From Centroscyllium fabricii (taxonomy: Eukaryota), in NCBI GenBank assembly GCA_051313645.2, contig JBNRSN020000004.1, positions 168,330,001 to 168,394,000 on the forward strand: DNA of 64,000 nt, in the 5' to 3' direction. Made by a program: the position numbers and the translations under genes. Below, in pieces: positions 38,238 through 50,697 of the stretch. The stretch's first letter is position 1; every line of letters starts with the position of its first letter. The notes beneath the pieces were generated by a model. That model saw only the letters and a program-made list of their open reading frames with translations. It had not been told where the DNA came from and did no database searches.

Positions 38238-39097
38238 CGTCAGATACTGACGCAGTCCGTGTCCATATGCAGCAAGACCTGGACAACATTCAGACTTGGG
38301 CTGACAAGTGGCAAGTAACATTCGCACCACACAAGTGCCAGGCAATGACCAGCTCCAACAAGTGAGACTCCAACCATCTCCCCTTGACATTCAATGGCAT
38401 TATCATCGCTGAATCCCCCACTATCAACATCCTGGGGGTTGCCATTGATCGGAAACTGAACTGGACCAGCCATATAAATACTGTGGCTACAAGAGCTGGC
38501 CAGAGGCTGGGAATTCTGCGGCGAGTGTCTCGCCTCCTGACTCCCCAAAGCCTTTCCACCATCTACAAAGCACAAGTCAGGAGTGTGATGGAATACTCTC
38601 CACTTGCCTGGATGAGTGCAGCTCCAACAACACTCAAGAAGCTCGACACCATTCAGGATAAAGCAGGCCGCTTGATTGGCACTCCATCCACCACCTTCAA
38701 CATTCACTCCCTCCACCACCGGCGCACTGTGGCTGCAGTGTGTACCATCTACAAGATGCACTGCAGCAACTCGCCAAAGCTCCTTCCAAACCCGCGACCT
38801 CTACCACTTAGAAGGACAAGGGCAGCAAACGCATGGGAACCGCACCACCTACAAGTTCACCTCCAAGCCACACACCATCCTGACTTGGACCTGTATCGCC
38901 GCTCCTTCACTGTCGCTGGGCCAAAATCCTGGAACTCCCTTCCTAACAACATTGTGGGTGTACCTACACCATATGGACTGCAGCGGTCCAAGAAGGCGGC
39001 TCACCACCATCTTCGAGGGCAATTAGGGATGGGCACTAAATGCAGGCATAGCCAGCCAGCGACGCCCACATCCCATCAATGGATTAAAAAAAAAAAT
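38238..39097 (+). mobile_element. CR1/L2-clade LINE 3' end with poly(A)
   Basis: YKAQVRSVMEYSPLAWMSAAPTTLKKLDTIQ; same family as 52003-54910. Confidence 0.88.
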
Positions 39098-40860
39098 TAG
39101 GGCAAGGGAAGGCAAAGGGAAAGCGCGAATACTCCTCTACCATCGTAAGGAGGTAGGTATTCCGTGTAGAAGAGGGCAATGGCCCTTTAAAGTCTATGCT
39201 AAGTCGCTGCATGGGCTGCATAGCGTGTATGAGTACGCCGTCTGATGGGCAGAAGAATTGTGGTTTCAATTCCGCACAAGTCCTGCAGGAGGAGCAAGCT
39301 TTTCTGACATCTTCCGTGGAGAATGGTAGATTTTTGGATCGCACAAAATGTAGAATGCGAGTTATGCCCGGATGGCATAAGTCCATATGGAGATCCACCA
39401 GGGTGGTTGATGACATTGAAGAGCAGAATGCCTGTGTGAAGGTATCTGGGGCCACATTCTGTTTGCCGGGTCGGTAACGGATAGTATAACCAAAGGCAGC
39501 CAACTCCATTCGCCAAAGTTGAATTTTATTATTTTTGATTTTGGTGTGTTTCCAGTTGTCCAGCATGAAGCCTACGGGAACGCCTTCATGCTGGAGGGTA
39601 AAATGACGCCGAGCAAGAAAATGGCTCCATTGGCGCACAGCTTCGATGATGGCTGTGGCCTCCTTCTCGACAGGGGGATAATGGAGCTCGCTACCCTGCA
39701 AAGTTCTGGTTAGAAATGTCACCTGTCACCCACCTTGATTCAGGGTAGCCAAGATCGCTACCTCCGATGCGTCACACTCCACCACAAAGGGAAGGTTCCC
39801 GTAGATGGAGCGAAGCGTGGCTTTCTCCAGCAACCCTTTGAGGAGGTCAAAGGCTGAAAGAGCCATTGCGTCTAATGGAAATTACTTTGCATGAAGCGGG
39901 CTGTATTTTATCAGAAGTGAGGTATCCACTTTGCGTAATAAACAAACATGCCAAGTGCCCGACAAAGAGCGCCAAGATTTGCAGGAGGAGGAAGCTCCTG
40001 AAGTGGACGAAGTCGCTCTGGGTCTGGTTTAATTACACCATTGCCCACCCAGTAGCCAAGAATATTAATTGATGATACCAATTTCACTGATTTAGAGTCG
40101 TTCAATGTTAAGTGGCGACAACGGAGGACGTCAAAAAAGTGTCGCAGGTTGGCGTCGTGTTCCTTCTGATCATGGCCGGCAATAGTGATATTGTCCAAAT
40201 ACAGAAAAGATCCATCAAGTTCTCTTGCCTGACCAAGCCATCCATGGCTCGTTGAAAGACAGCCACCCCATTGGTGACCCCAAATGGAAGCCGACGAAAC
40301 TGATAGCCGACCATTGGCCTCAAAGGCCGTATACTTCTTGTCTGAATCTTTCAGTGGCACCTGATGGTAAGTGCTTTTTAAGTCGAAAGTTGAAAATACC
40401 TTGTATTTGGCAAGGTTGTTGACCATATCATCTATGCGTGGGAGTGGGTAGGCATCCAGATCAGTATATTGGTTGATAGTTTGTGAGTAGTTGATACATA
40501 GATGTTTCTTATGTGGTTTTAAAGAGTTCTTCACAATGACGACTTGAGCCCGCCAGGGCGACGAACATGATTCAATAATCCCCCCCCCCCCCCCCCAGCT
40601 AAGAGGCGAGAAATTTCTGTCCGAACAAATGCTTGATCATCCTGGCTGAAACGTCGTGATCTGGTGGCGATGGGTTTACAGCGAGGTGAGAGATTGGGAA
40701 ATGAGGGTTTGCCGAGCAAGGCCGCCGAAAGTGCACAAAACGGCACCTTAGAAATGGTAAGCTCAGGCCTCAACCCTCCAAACTCAAAAGTGAGTCTCTT
40801 GTGTTGTTTCTGGAAATCTTGCCCCAGCAACACATCGCTGCATAAATTCTCGAGTATTCC
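39098..40860 (-). mobile_element. Ty3/Gypsy pol remnant (protease end, RT, RNase H, integrase)
   Basis: DAYPLPRIDD, FSTFDLKS, YLDNITI, EKEATAIIEAV, HHCC (LH..LCHPG..C..C), IDFKGPLP; frameshifted. Confidence 0.92.
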
Positions 40861-40861
40861 A

Positions 40862-41312
40862 AGCCGGGTTTATCCTTACACTCTTGTTCAAAAAAGGGTG
40901 TAACGTTTGCAATTCTCCAGTCCTCTGGCACCACCCCTGTATCAAAGGAAGATTCGAAGATTATGGGCAGTGCATCCGCAACTTCCACCTTTACTTCCCT
41001 CAGCATCCTAGGATGCATCCTATCTGGTCCTGCTGATTTATCTACAACCAGCCTTTCTAGTACCTCTATTAATTATTAGCGCATCCAGTACCTCAACTAC
41101 TTCCTCTTTGACTATGACTTTGACTGCATCTGTCTTTACCAAGGAAGAAGATGCAAAGTACTCATTTAGTACCTCTGCCTCCATGAGTAGGTCTACTTTT
41201 TGGTCCCTAATCGGCCCCACCCCTCCTCTTACTACCCATTTACTATTTATATGCCTATAGAAGACTTTTGGATTCCCTTTTATGTTAGCTGCCAGTCTAT
41301 TCTCATACGCTT
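40862..41312 (-). mobile_element. CR1 LINE fragment
   Basis: MHPRMLREV...VPEDWRIANVTP; AEVLNEYFAS. Confidence 0.8.
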
Positions 41313-41520
41313 CCCTTTTGTACAGCTAGGACCATTCCTTACCTCTTGGGGCATTGGCTTCCAGGGTAATCAGGAACTGAGTGGATAAAAGTACGGCTCA
41401 GTGACAAATGTATCTCTCCAGGCTCCATTTCATGAGCCAGGCTAGCTGGTCAGTTGGCATCATCACCCTGGAGTATTCCAGACCTGCCACAAAGGATCGA
41501 TTTTTGGTTTAATTCTTCCA

Positions 41521-41952
41521 GTGTCAGCTGTGGCTCAGTTGGTAACACCCCTGTCTCTGAGTCAGAAGGTTGTGGGTCCAAGTCCCACTCCAGAGACTTG
41601 AGCACAAAAATCTAGGCTGACACTCTAGTACAGTGTTGAGGATGGGGAGTGCTGTCTTTTGGATGAGACTTTAAACCGAGGCCCCGTCTGCCCTCCCAGG
41701 TGGACATAAAAGATCCTATGGCACTTTCGAACAAGAGCATGGGAGTTATCCTCAGTGTCCTCGCCAATATTTATCCCTCAATTAACGTCACTAAAAACAT
41801 TATCTGGTCATTATCACATTGCTGTGGCCAAATTGGCTGCCACGTTTCCTACATTACAACAGTGACTACACTTCAAAAGTACTTAATTGGCTGTTGAGTA
41901 CTTTGGGATGTCCAGTGATTGTGAAAGACACTATATGAATGCAAGTCTTTTT
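41521..41952 (+). mobile_element. Deu-domain SINE
   Basis: Head GTGGCTCAGTTGGTA, Deu core, tail ATGCAAGTCTTT. Confidence 0.82.
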
Positions 41953-43323
41953 ATTGACAGGCATATCATCTTAGAAACAACTTGACTCTAAAGAGATCCC
42001 TCCCACCCTCCTCCTAGTCCAAGTAGGACAGTCACTGGTTGTTCAAACAACTGACTATGCACAGGTTTGAGTCATCAACTAGGTGAACAACAAGCAGCAT
42101 TGTGAGCAGCATAACTCATCATGAAATATGTGAATGCAGATTGTCCTGATCATAGCATAGACACACACTATCCCCATCAAATTATGGTTTCACTACATAG
42201 AAATGCAGAGTTTCTGCTCATCTATTTGCCTCTGGTCTGGTGATCTTCATTGGAGAGGGCCTTCATCATAGTGAAAGATGCTAGTGCTGTACAGTGGAAA
42301 AGTCCTACTTTTGGCATGTAGGACTATAAAAAAGTTGATTTAAGTATTCCAGTTCTACCCAAATTACCTTTTTAGAGAGATAAAAACAAACTTAACTCAT
42401 TTAATGGGAAGAAAGATTTTGCAGAGTCTATAATGAGAGTAAATTGTGCATGGTCAATGAAAGACATTTGCTAGATGAGTATGCCTACGTCAGGTTTAAG
42501 GCAGGCCAGGTGCAAAGTAAGGATATTTCTCTGCCCCAACAATGTGCAGTACAGTACCTGAATTTTCAATTTGAGAATAGCACCCCCTACTGATCAAGTG
42601 TAAATTATTTATTTCAATCTCCTTATGACTGCTTTGAGTGAGAATGAAAGTTTGTGATGAATCATGGTTGAGCAATTTTATGCTGTGGATTCCTGGGAAG
42701 CAGGTTTGTGATGGCCCAAGCTGATTTGTACAGTAGTTGGCCAGGAGGAAACTATTATCTCATTTGTGTGTGGTGTAGCGAAACTTAGACAGTATGTGAA
42801 CCTATGGTGTTGGCTAATCTCCTTGTTCGTTCAATAACTTGGGCATGTACTCGAGGGCAATATTGATCATGAGCTTTGGCTGGGGAGAGAAAAGTTTTGG
42901 GAAGCTAGTTAATATAGGAAGCATGAACACTGGGGTGAATATTACTGACTTACCTGTGTGGATTTATGAGTGTGAACCCTGTGTAAATAAACACATGACA
43001 ACATGGCCCTCAGTGAAGAGTTACCTGGTTACTCTGATATAAGGTAAATGTATCTTGATTTAATGAAGAAATAATGCATACAAAGTTTTAGCTTTCTGTT
43101 CATTTTGTACAAAAGCATGCAAAGTTTAAAATGCTGTCAACTATCTGACTACCATTTGTTCTTGGGTATGTTTTGGGTGAAAACCGTGAGATTAGTTTCT
43201 AACACTTGCATTTGGGGTTGGCTTACATTTTGTTACCTTTGCTAGGAAATGAAAGTCAAACCACTTTAATATTATAAGGTATTTCACATTTCCAGTTCAC
43301 AGATGTGTGTTTATATATTCCAG

Positions 43324-43528
43324 GTGTTTGTGAGCTGCAACTTCTGTGGAAAATCAATATCATATAGCTGCTCTGCCATGCCACACCAGGGACGAAGTTT
43401 CAGCCAATATGGTGTTAGTGGTTCTCCAACCAAATCAAAAGTTACAAGCTGTCCAGGATGTCGTAAACCTCTCCCCCGCTGTGCACTCTGCCTCATCAAT
43501 ATGGGAACACCGGTTTCAAGCTGTCCAG
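43324..43528 (+). CDS. MIOS: MIOS coding exon 8 (205 nt; zinc-binding region)
   Basis: [17 protein letters not shown]...[26 protein letters not shown]; ttccag / GTCAGT. Confidence 0.95.
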
Positions 43529-43802
43529 GTCAGTGTCTGAAAACTTTTTTGGTTTGGACTTTCAGAAGGCTTTTGATAAGGTCCTGCATAAGAGATTAGT
43601 GTGCAAAGTTAAAGCGCATGGGATTGGGGGTAAGGTACTGATTTGGATAGAGAACTGGTTGACAGACAGTTGGAATAAACGGGTCTTTTTCCGACTTGCA
43701 GGCAGTGACTAGTGGGGTACCGCAGGGATCGGTGCTAGGACCCCAGCTATTCACAATATATATTAATGATTGAGACGAGGGAACTAGATGTAATATCTCC
43801 AA

Positions 43803-43890
43803 AGGGTCCGAACCCGAAACGTCGACTCTGTTTCTCTCCACCGATGCTGCCTGGCCTGCTGGGTTTTTCCAGCATTTTCTGTTGTTATTT
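43803..43890 (+). mobile_element. Penelope-like terminal fragment
   Basis: CCCGAAACGTCGAC...GATGCTGCC; TSD TGTAATATCTCCAA, second copy split by a MITE. Confidence 0.75.
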
Positions 43891-43897
43891 TGTAATA

Positions 43898-44243
43898 CAG
43901 GTACACAATCTCTCAACCGCACATCCGAAAACCGAAAAGCACTGAAAAACCGAGTTGCGCCAAAACTGACCCGTTTTGAAAGCCAATTCAATATAATCCA
44001 GTGATAAAAGTAAAATTAACAAGGAAGTAGAGCTTACCAATGTAAAAAAAAAAATGGACCCATGGGTCCAATTCCTCCCCGAGCCCACAATCTCCTGCCG
44101 TTTCAGCCTGTGCACTGGGCCGCCAACACGGCAATACGCATGTGATCTGCGCATGCGCACTGGGCACCATCCGAAAACCGAAAAATCCTGAAAACCGAGA
44201 CCCGTCCGGTCCCACGGGTTTCTGATAAGGGATTCTGTACCTG
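43898..44243. mobile_element. Tigger-like MITE with first-exon-like cargo
   Basis: TIR CAGGTACACAATC / GATTCTGTACCTG; TA TSD. Confidence 0.85.
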
Positions 44244-45539
44244 TATCTCCAAGTTTGCAGATGATAGACACAAAGCTGGGTGGGCGTGTGCTGTGAGGAG
44301 GATGCTGAGAAACTCCAGTATGATTTGGACAGGTTGGGTGATATGGCAGATGCACTAATGTGGATAAATGTGTGGTTATCCACTTCGGTGGCAAAAACAG
44401 GAAGGCAGATTATTATCTGAACGCTAATAGATTGGGAGAAGGGGAAGTGCAAGGAGACCTGGGTGTCCTTGTGCACCAGTCGCTGAAGGTAAGCATGCAG
44501 GTGCAGCAGGCGGTTAAGAAGGCAAATGGTATGTTGGCCTTCATAGCGAGAGGATTCGAGTACAGGAGCAAGAATGTCTTGCTGCAGCTGTACAGGGCCT
44601 TGGTTAAGAAGGCAAATGGTATGTTGGCCTTCATAGTGAGAGGATTCGAGTACAGGAGCAAGGATGTCTTGCTGCAGCTGTACAGGGCCTTGGTGAGACC
44701 ACACCTTGAGTATTGTGTGCCGTTTTGGTTGCCTTATGTGAGGAAGGATGTTCTTGCCATGGAGGGAGTGCAGTGAAGATTCACCAGGCTGATACCTGGG
44801 ATGGCAGGATTGACGTATGAGGAGAGATTAGGTCGATTAGGCTTATATTCGCTAGAGTTTAGAAGAATGAGGGGGGATCTCATTGAAACTTCTAAAATTC
44901 TAACAGGACTAGACAGACTAGATACAGGAAGGATGTCCCCAATGGGCGGTCCAGGACCAGGGGTCACAGTCTAAGGATAAGGGGTAAGCCATTTAGGACT
45001 GAGATGAGGAGGAATTTCTTTACCCAAAGAGTGGTGAACCAGTGGAATTCTCTACCACAAAAGGCAGTTGAAACCAATTCATTAAATATATTCAAGAAGG
45101 AGTTAGATATATTTCTTAAGGCTAAAGGGAGATGGGGAGAAAGCAGGGACAGGGTACTGAATTTGGATGATCAGCCATGATCTCATTAAATGGCGGAACA
45201 GGCTTGAGGGGCCAAATGACCTACTCCTGCTCCTATCTTCTATGTTTCTGTGACCCCTTTCCAAATGGATAGTAATGATGGACCCCCCCTCAACAATCTA
45301 AATTATAATACTACTGAGGACTTCTACAAACTTTAGAACACATCTAGGATTTGTTTTTCCACAAACCTGTAAACTGTATTTTCACTTGTATACTATTGTT
45401 TATTCGCTCTGTACTTGCATTCTGTAATTGCAGTGTGGTGGCTAAGACTCATTCTGTGTTCAGCTACATTTATTCAGCACTCAGACAGGACCAGAAAACA
45501 CATCTAGACACAGTAAACAATGCAGTCATTAGTGTTAAA

Positions 45540-45659
45540 ATGTAAGAAGTCACACAACACCAGGTTATGGTCCAACAGTTTTATTTGAAATCACAAGCTA
45601 TAACCTGGTGTGTGACTTCTTACATTTGTCCACCCCAGTCCAACACCGGCACCTCCACA
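45540..45659. mobile_element. Short insertion with internal inverted repeat (probably Penelope-derived)
   Basis: 14-bp TSD TCATTAGTGTTAAA; arms TGTAAGAAGTCACAC...CCAGGTTAT / ATAACCTGG...GTGACTTCTTACA. Confidence 0.65.
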
Positions 45660-47289
45660 TCATTAGTGTTAAAGTATCCCTTTACTCAAGTTTTTCTGAG
45701 TTGATACACACATGCTTATAAATGTGCCCATGGTGTTGGTCTACTGACACTGTTATAAGTGTTGATTATACACACACAACGTGCATATGCTTAATACACT
45801 CAATGTGAGGAAAACATCCCGTATTATATTTTACGCATTCACTGAAACCTTCATTATCTGCTCTTAACTACATAATGGCGGAATGTTGAGAGTCCCCATA
45901 TTGCTGTCTTACACATACGGTACATTAAACCCTTCTGCAGGAAAATAAAGCCAAGTACCATGCAAATTGTAAAAACATCATATAATTTTGATGTCTTGTG
46001 TAAGGTTTTGTCATGAAAATTTTGGCAATCATAAAGGCAGATAATAGGTTACACTCTACACCCATATTATATAAGGTATGCAATCAAATTAAGTTCAACA
46101 GTTTACTTTAAAATGTGCGATCAGGTAGCCTGCGCTCTATCACTATTTGTCATGACACAAGACTCACTGTCACAAGAAAAAAATGGAACAAACCACCCCT
46201 CTGATTTGTATATATTGTACGCGCATATACTATATAGACCGGAGGTAGGCTTGGTGCAAGGTGGGAGCGGAGTGCAGCCACCACATGTCCCGTAAGGCCG
46301 GCCCTGCACGGTTCTCATTATTTCTCGGACCCCTAGAAAGTCTGTACGAACCCCCGTTTGAGAACCACTGGTCTAGGTAATCGCTGGTACTTGGTATCAA
46401 GACACTAACAGTCTGGTTAAAGTAAAAATCAGCAGTAATTTAGCAACGTAGGTTGTTGCCTTGCTTGGATCTTCGTAATTGCTGACACCAACTCAATAAC
46501 TTGTACCGTATTTGAGTTCAAATTATTGGGAGTCTGAGGCTTCCCAATGTGGATAGAAACTCCAGCAATACACTTGCCCTGTAAAAGAGACACATGGTAG
46601 AAAATCTGTGGATTAGAATTGGTTTTGGAAAGCATGGAGGAGATCAAAGTCCACCCGCCAGCTCATCTGAATTACTCAGTTAGGGGAGGGCAAGTGTGAA
46701 GGAAGAAACCACTTTATACAGGGTTTGACTGGTGCACTTGCTGTTCCACTGCAATGTGCAGTACAATAAAGCATAAGCTATAGAAGTTTACAGCACAGTA
46801 GGAGGCTGTTCAGCTGACCATCCCTGTGCTGGCTTCTTGCTAGGATATACAAAACTAATCACACTACCTTGCCCTCTCCCCATAACCCTGCATCTTCCTC
46901 AGCTTCAAATATTTATTCATTTTCCCTTAAAAGATGCACTGATTCTCTGCTGCAAAGCATTACATGCTCTAGCACTTATGTGTGAAGAAATGGAAGCATG
47001 ACATTGGTCGCTGTTCACTATAGTACCAGAAGCTGACTCTGAAAACAGAATAAAGTGGCACCCATCACCTTTGCGTGTGTGATTCAAGGATGTAGCATGT
47101 TGAGTTGCCAGTGATAAACTACTTGAGTCACTGCCACAAATTAGGATGATGCCTTGTAGCACAGTCCAGCTGAGTGTTCTATCCAGTCTATTTGTTTTCT
47201 TCTCCACAGTTAATACATAAATACTTTTGAATGGGATGCAGTACAGAGCTGAGATGTTAAACTACTTTAATTCCCTTAACTAACGTGTA

Positions 47290-47715
47290 GAGAGGGGATC
47301 TCATCGAAACTTATAAAATTCTGACAGGTCTGGACAAACTAGATGCAGGAAGAATGTTCCCGATGGTCGAAGAGTCCAGAACCAGGGGGCATAGTCAAAG
47401 GATAAGGGGTAGGCCATTCAAGACCGAGATGAGGAAGAATTTCTTCACCCAGAGAGTGGTGAACCTGTGGAATTCTCTATCACAGAATGTCGTTGAGGCC
47501 AAGTCATTAAATATATTCAATGAGTTAGATATTGTTCTTGGAGCTAAAGGTATTCAAGAAGGAGTTAGATATAGTTCTTGGAGCTAAAGTTATCAAGGGA
47601 TATGGGGAGAAGGCAGGTACGGGGTACTGAGTTTGGATGATCAGCCATGATCTCATCGAATGGCGGAGCAGGCTCGAATGGCCTACTCCTGCTCCTATCT
47701 TCTATGTTTCTATGT
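47290..47715 (+). mobile_element. CR1 3' end
   Basis: RGDLIETYKIL...FFTQRVVNLWNSL; tail. Confidence 0.85.
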
Positions 47716-48205
47716 GTACAACTGCTATCTTACTGGCTGTTGCCCAGTGTTAAGTAATTTGCCTCTTTGGATTTTAATTAGCTCTTGATATTGGAACAAA
47801 TCCTCAGCTTTATTACAAATTAAATGCAGAAATCATTCTTGTCTTTAATGTGCAATGATTATTCTTTAAGATATTGGTACAAGGGTTGTTAACTGGTTTC
47901 ACCTTCATGACAAAAAGTTTGGCAAACCATTCTCTGTTTGGGAAAGACGAACAGCAAGAAAACCCCTGTGCCACTTTTGTCAACTATGTTAATCAACACA
48001 ATTTGTACCATTTCTGTGTTGGCAAAAAGGAACAAAGTTTACAAAAAACTTCTTCACAATGGCTGTGAACTTTTTTTTACCAACTTTAAACAAACTCTAT
48101 CTAAAAGGAGAGAAACAAAGATGTCCATAGGACAAATGGCATTCATCCATTTTGAAAAAGGAATACTTGTGGCATAAACAAAGTAGTTAATCTGTAATTA
48201 CCTTC

Positions 48206-49580
48206 ATAAGAACATAAGAAATAGCAGGAGTAGGCCATACGGCCCCTCGAGCCTGCTCCACCAGTCAATAAGATCATGGCTGATCATCGACCTCAACTCC
48301 TTTCCTGTCCGATCTCCATATCCCTCGATTCCCCTAGAGTCCAAAAATCTACCTCTCTTTGCCTTGAATATACTCAAAGACTCAGCATTCACAGCCCTCT
48401 GGGGCAGAGAATTCCAAAGATTCAGAACCCTCAGTGAAGAAATTCCTCATCTCAGTTTTAAACCCCTTATCCTGAGACTATGCCCCCTAGTTCTAGACAC
48501 TCCAGCCAGGGAAATCAACCTCTCAGCATCTACCCTGTCAATCCCCTTCAGAATCCTGTATATTTCAATGAGATCACCTCTCATTCTTCTAAACTCCAGA
48601 GAGTATAGGCCCATTTTACACAATCTCTCATCATAGGACAGCTCTCTCATCCCAGGAATCAATCTAGTGAACCTTCGTTGCACCGTCTCCAAGGCAAGTA
48701 TATCCTTCCTTAGATAAGGAGACCAAAACTGTGCACAGTACTCCAGGTGTCGTCTCACCAAGGCCCTGTACAATTGTAGCAAGACTTCCTTACTCTTATA
48801 CTCCAACCTCCTTGCAATAAAGGCCAATATGCCATTTGCGTTCCTTATTGCTTGCTGTACCTGCATGCTAACTTTGTGTTTCTTGCACGAGAACACCCAA
48901 ATTTTTCTGAACACCAACATTTAAAAGTTTCTCACCATTTAACAAATATTCTGTTTTTCTATTCTTCCTACCAAACCTCACATTTCCCTACATTACACTC
49001 CATCTGCCACCTTGCTGCCCACTCACTTAGTCTATCTATATCCTTTTGCAGACTCTGCATTCTCCTCACAGCTTACACTCCCACCTAGCTTTGTATCGTC
49101 AGCAAACTTGATCTAGGTCATTAATATAGATTGTAAATAGCTGAGGCCCCAGCACTGAACCTTGCGGCACCCCACTAGTTGCAGCCTGCCAACCTGAAAA
49201 AGACCCGTTTATCCTTACCCTCTGTTTTCTATCCGTTAACCAATCCACTATCCATGCTAATACATTACTCCCAACCCCATGAGCCCTTATCTTATGTAAT
49301 AGCCTTTTATTGCCTTTTGGCAATCCAAATCTACTACATCCACTGGTTCCCCTTTATCTATCCTACTAGTTACATCATTAAAAATCTCTAATAAATTTGT
49401 CAAACACGATTTCCCTTTCATAAAACCATGTTGGCGCTGCCTAATCATATTATAAGTGCCCTGATACCACTTCCTTAACAATGATTCCAGCATTTTCCCG
49501 ATGACTGATGTCAGGCTAACTGGCCTGTAGTTCCCTGTTTTCTCTCTCCCTCTGTTCTTGAATAGCGGGATTACATTTGA
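48206..49580 (-). mobile_element. CR1 LINE (RT region)
   Basis: [35 protein letters not shown]. Confidence 0.9.
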
Positions 49581-49728
49581 TAAATTCTTAACTACAAGTC
49601 AAGAAAGAGAGCACTGTGGGAGGTAAGGTGGAGCAGAACATTAAGTAAGTATTTCAGTGTTATCTTTGGAACTGTAATGCATCTTACTGTTTTTCCACTA
49701 TAACTATATGGATTTTTTTTTGGAATAG

Positions 49729-49858
49729 GAACTGGCAAGTCTGATGAAAAGGTAGATCTCAGCAAAGACAAAAAATTGGCTCAGTTCAATAACTGGTTTA
49801 CTTGGTGCCAAAACTGTCGTCATGGAGGCCATGCTGGTCATATGCTCAGCTGGTTCAG
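49729..49858 (+). CDS. MIOS: MIOS coding exon 9 (130 nt; RING-like region)
   Basis: [43 protein letters not shown]; aatag / GTAAGA. Confidence 0.95.
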
Positions 49859-50367
49859 GTAAGAGTTCGATATCCATGTGACGTCTGCATAGATACAGCA
49901 GGCAGAATTGAGAGATTATTGATTTTGTACTAGCTTTTAGAATTTATAGTTTTCAGAAATGAGAGATACTCCATTGGCCTGTTTAGGACCTGCTTTATAA
50001 AAATTATGTAATCCTCTCCAAAATTAATTGGGTAGCTATTCAGGAGTATTTTGGATTGCGAATGCATAAACTGGTGGAATGCAAGTTCAGTTCCCCGAAC
50101 TGCCAAGTTCCAAATGAGGGAGATAAAATCAGCGCTAACCAGTCAGCATTCTAACATTTTCTGATGCAGCATGTCATCATTACTGCGAGGCCCTGAGTTG
50201 TGCACCATTTATGCTGCTGTCTTTGTCTGTGATGCATATCTTTTAAAAAAACGAACAGACAAAGCCTGCCATTTCATGCTGAGTTCTTCTGTCCTGGAGG
50301 AAGAAATTTGAAAGCCGCTACAATTGCCCTTCAATTGGCCTCAGAAGCTTACAAGCAACTACAATTA

Positions 50368-50697
50368 CAGGTCCACAACCCCTTATCCGAAATTCGAAAA
50401 GCTCTGAAAACTGAAAGTTTCTTCGTGGAGCGTCACTCGTGTGCACGACATGACCCGAGTTGCGCCAAACATGACCCGACGCTTGACCCATGCAGGTGTG
50501 AGGCATCCGTTGTGTCTCGGCGTTGCTATCAGTCACACGTGCTTCTGCTGCTCTCTGATATTTTTTGTTATTTTGAGTTTAATTTCACTGAAAATGTCAA
50601 AGAGCTGCAGATAACCCTACCGTTCTGAAATCCGAAAAATTCCAAATTTCGAAACACATCTGACCCCAAGGGTTTCAGATAAGGGATTGTGGACCTG
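50368..50697. mobile_element. Tigger-like MITE
   Basis: TIR CAGGTCCACAACCCCTTATC / GATAAGGGATTGTGGACCTG; TA...TG flanks; related to 43898-44243. Confidence 0.82.

Larger units (their letters stand above)
43553..45249 (+). mobile_element. CR1 LINE inside the hAT element, with nested inserts and an internal tandem duplication
   Basis: DFQKAFDKV...VPQGSVLGP; duplicated VKKANGMLAF...LLQLYRAL; CR1 tail. Confidence 0.9.
43531..46370. mobile_element. hAT (Charlie-like) non-autonomous element inserted at the MIOS exon 8 donor
   Basis: Ends CAGTGTCTGAAAAC / GTTTGAGAACCACTG; 8-bp TSD GTCCAGGT (43523-43530) / GTCTAGGT (46371-46378). Confidence 0.68.

Noticed and set aside
40852-41480. GAGTATTCCA repeated around the CR1 fragment
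   Set aside because: Gypsy sequence does not resume after the second copy, so a TSD cannot be supported
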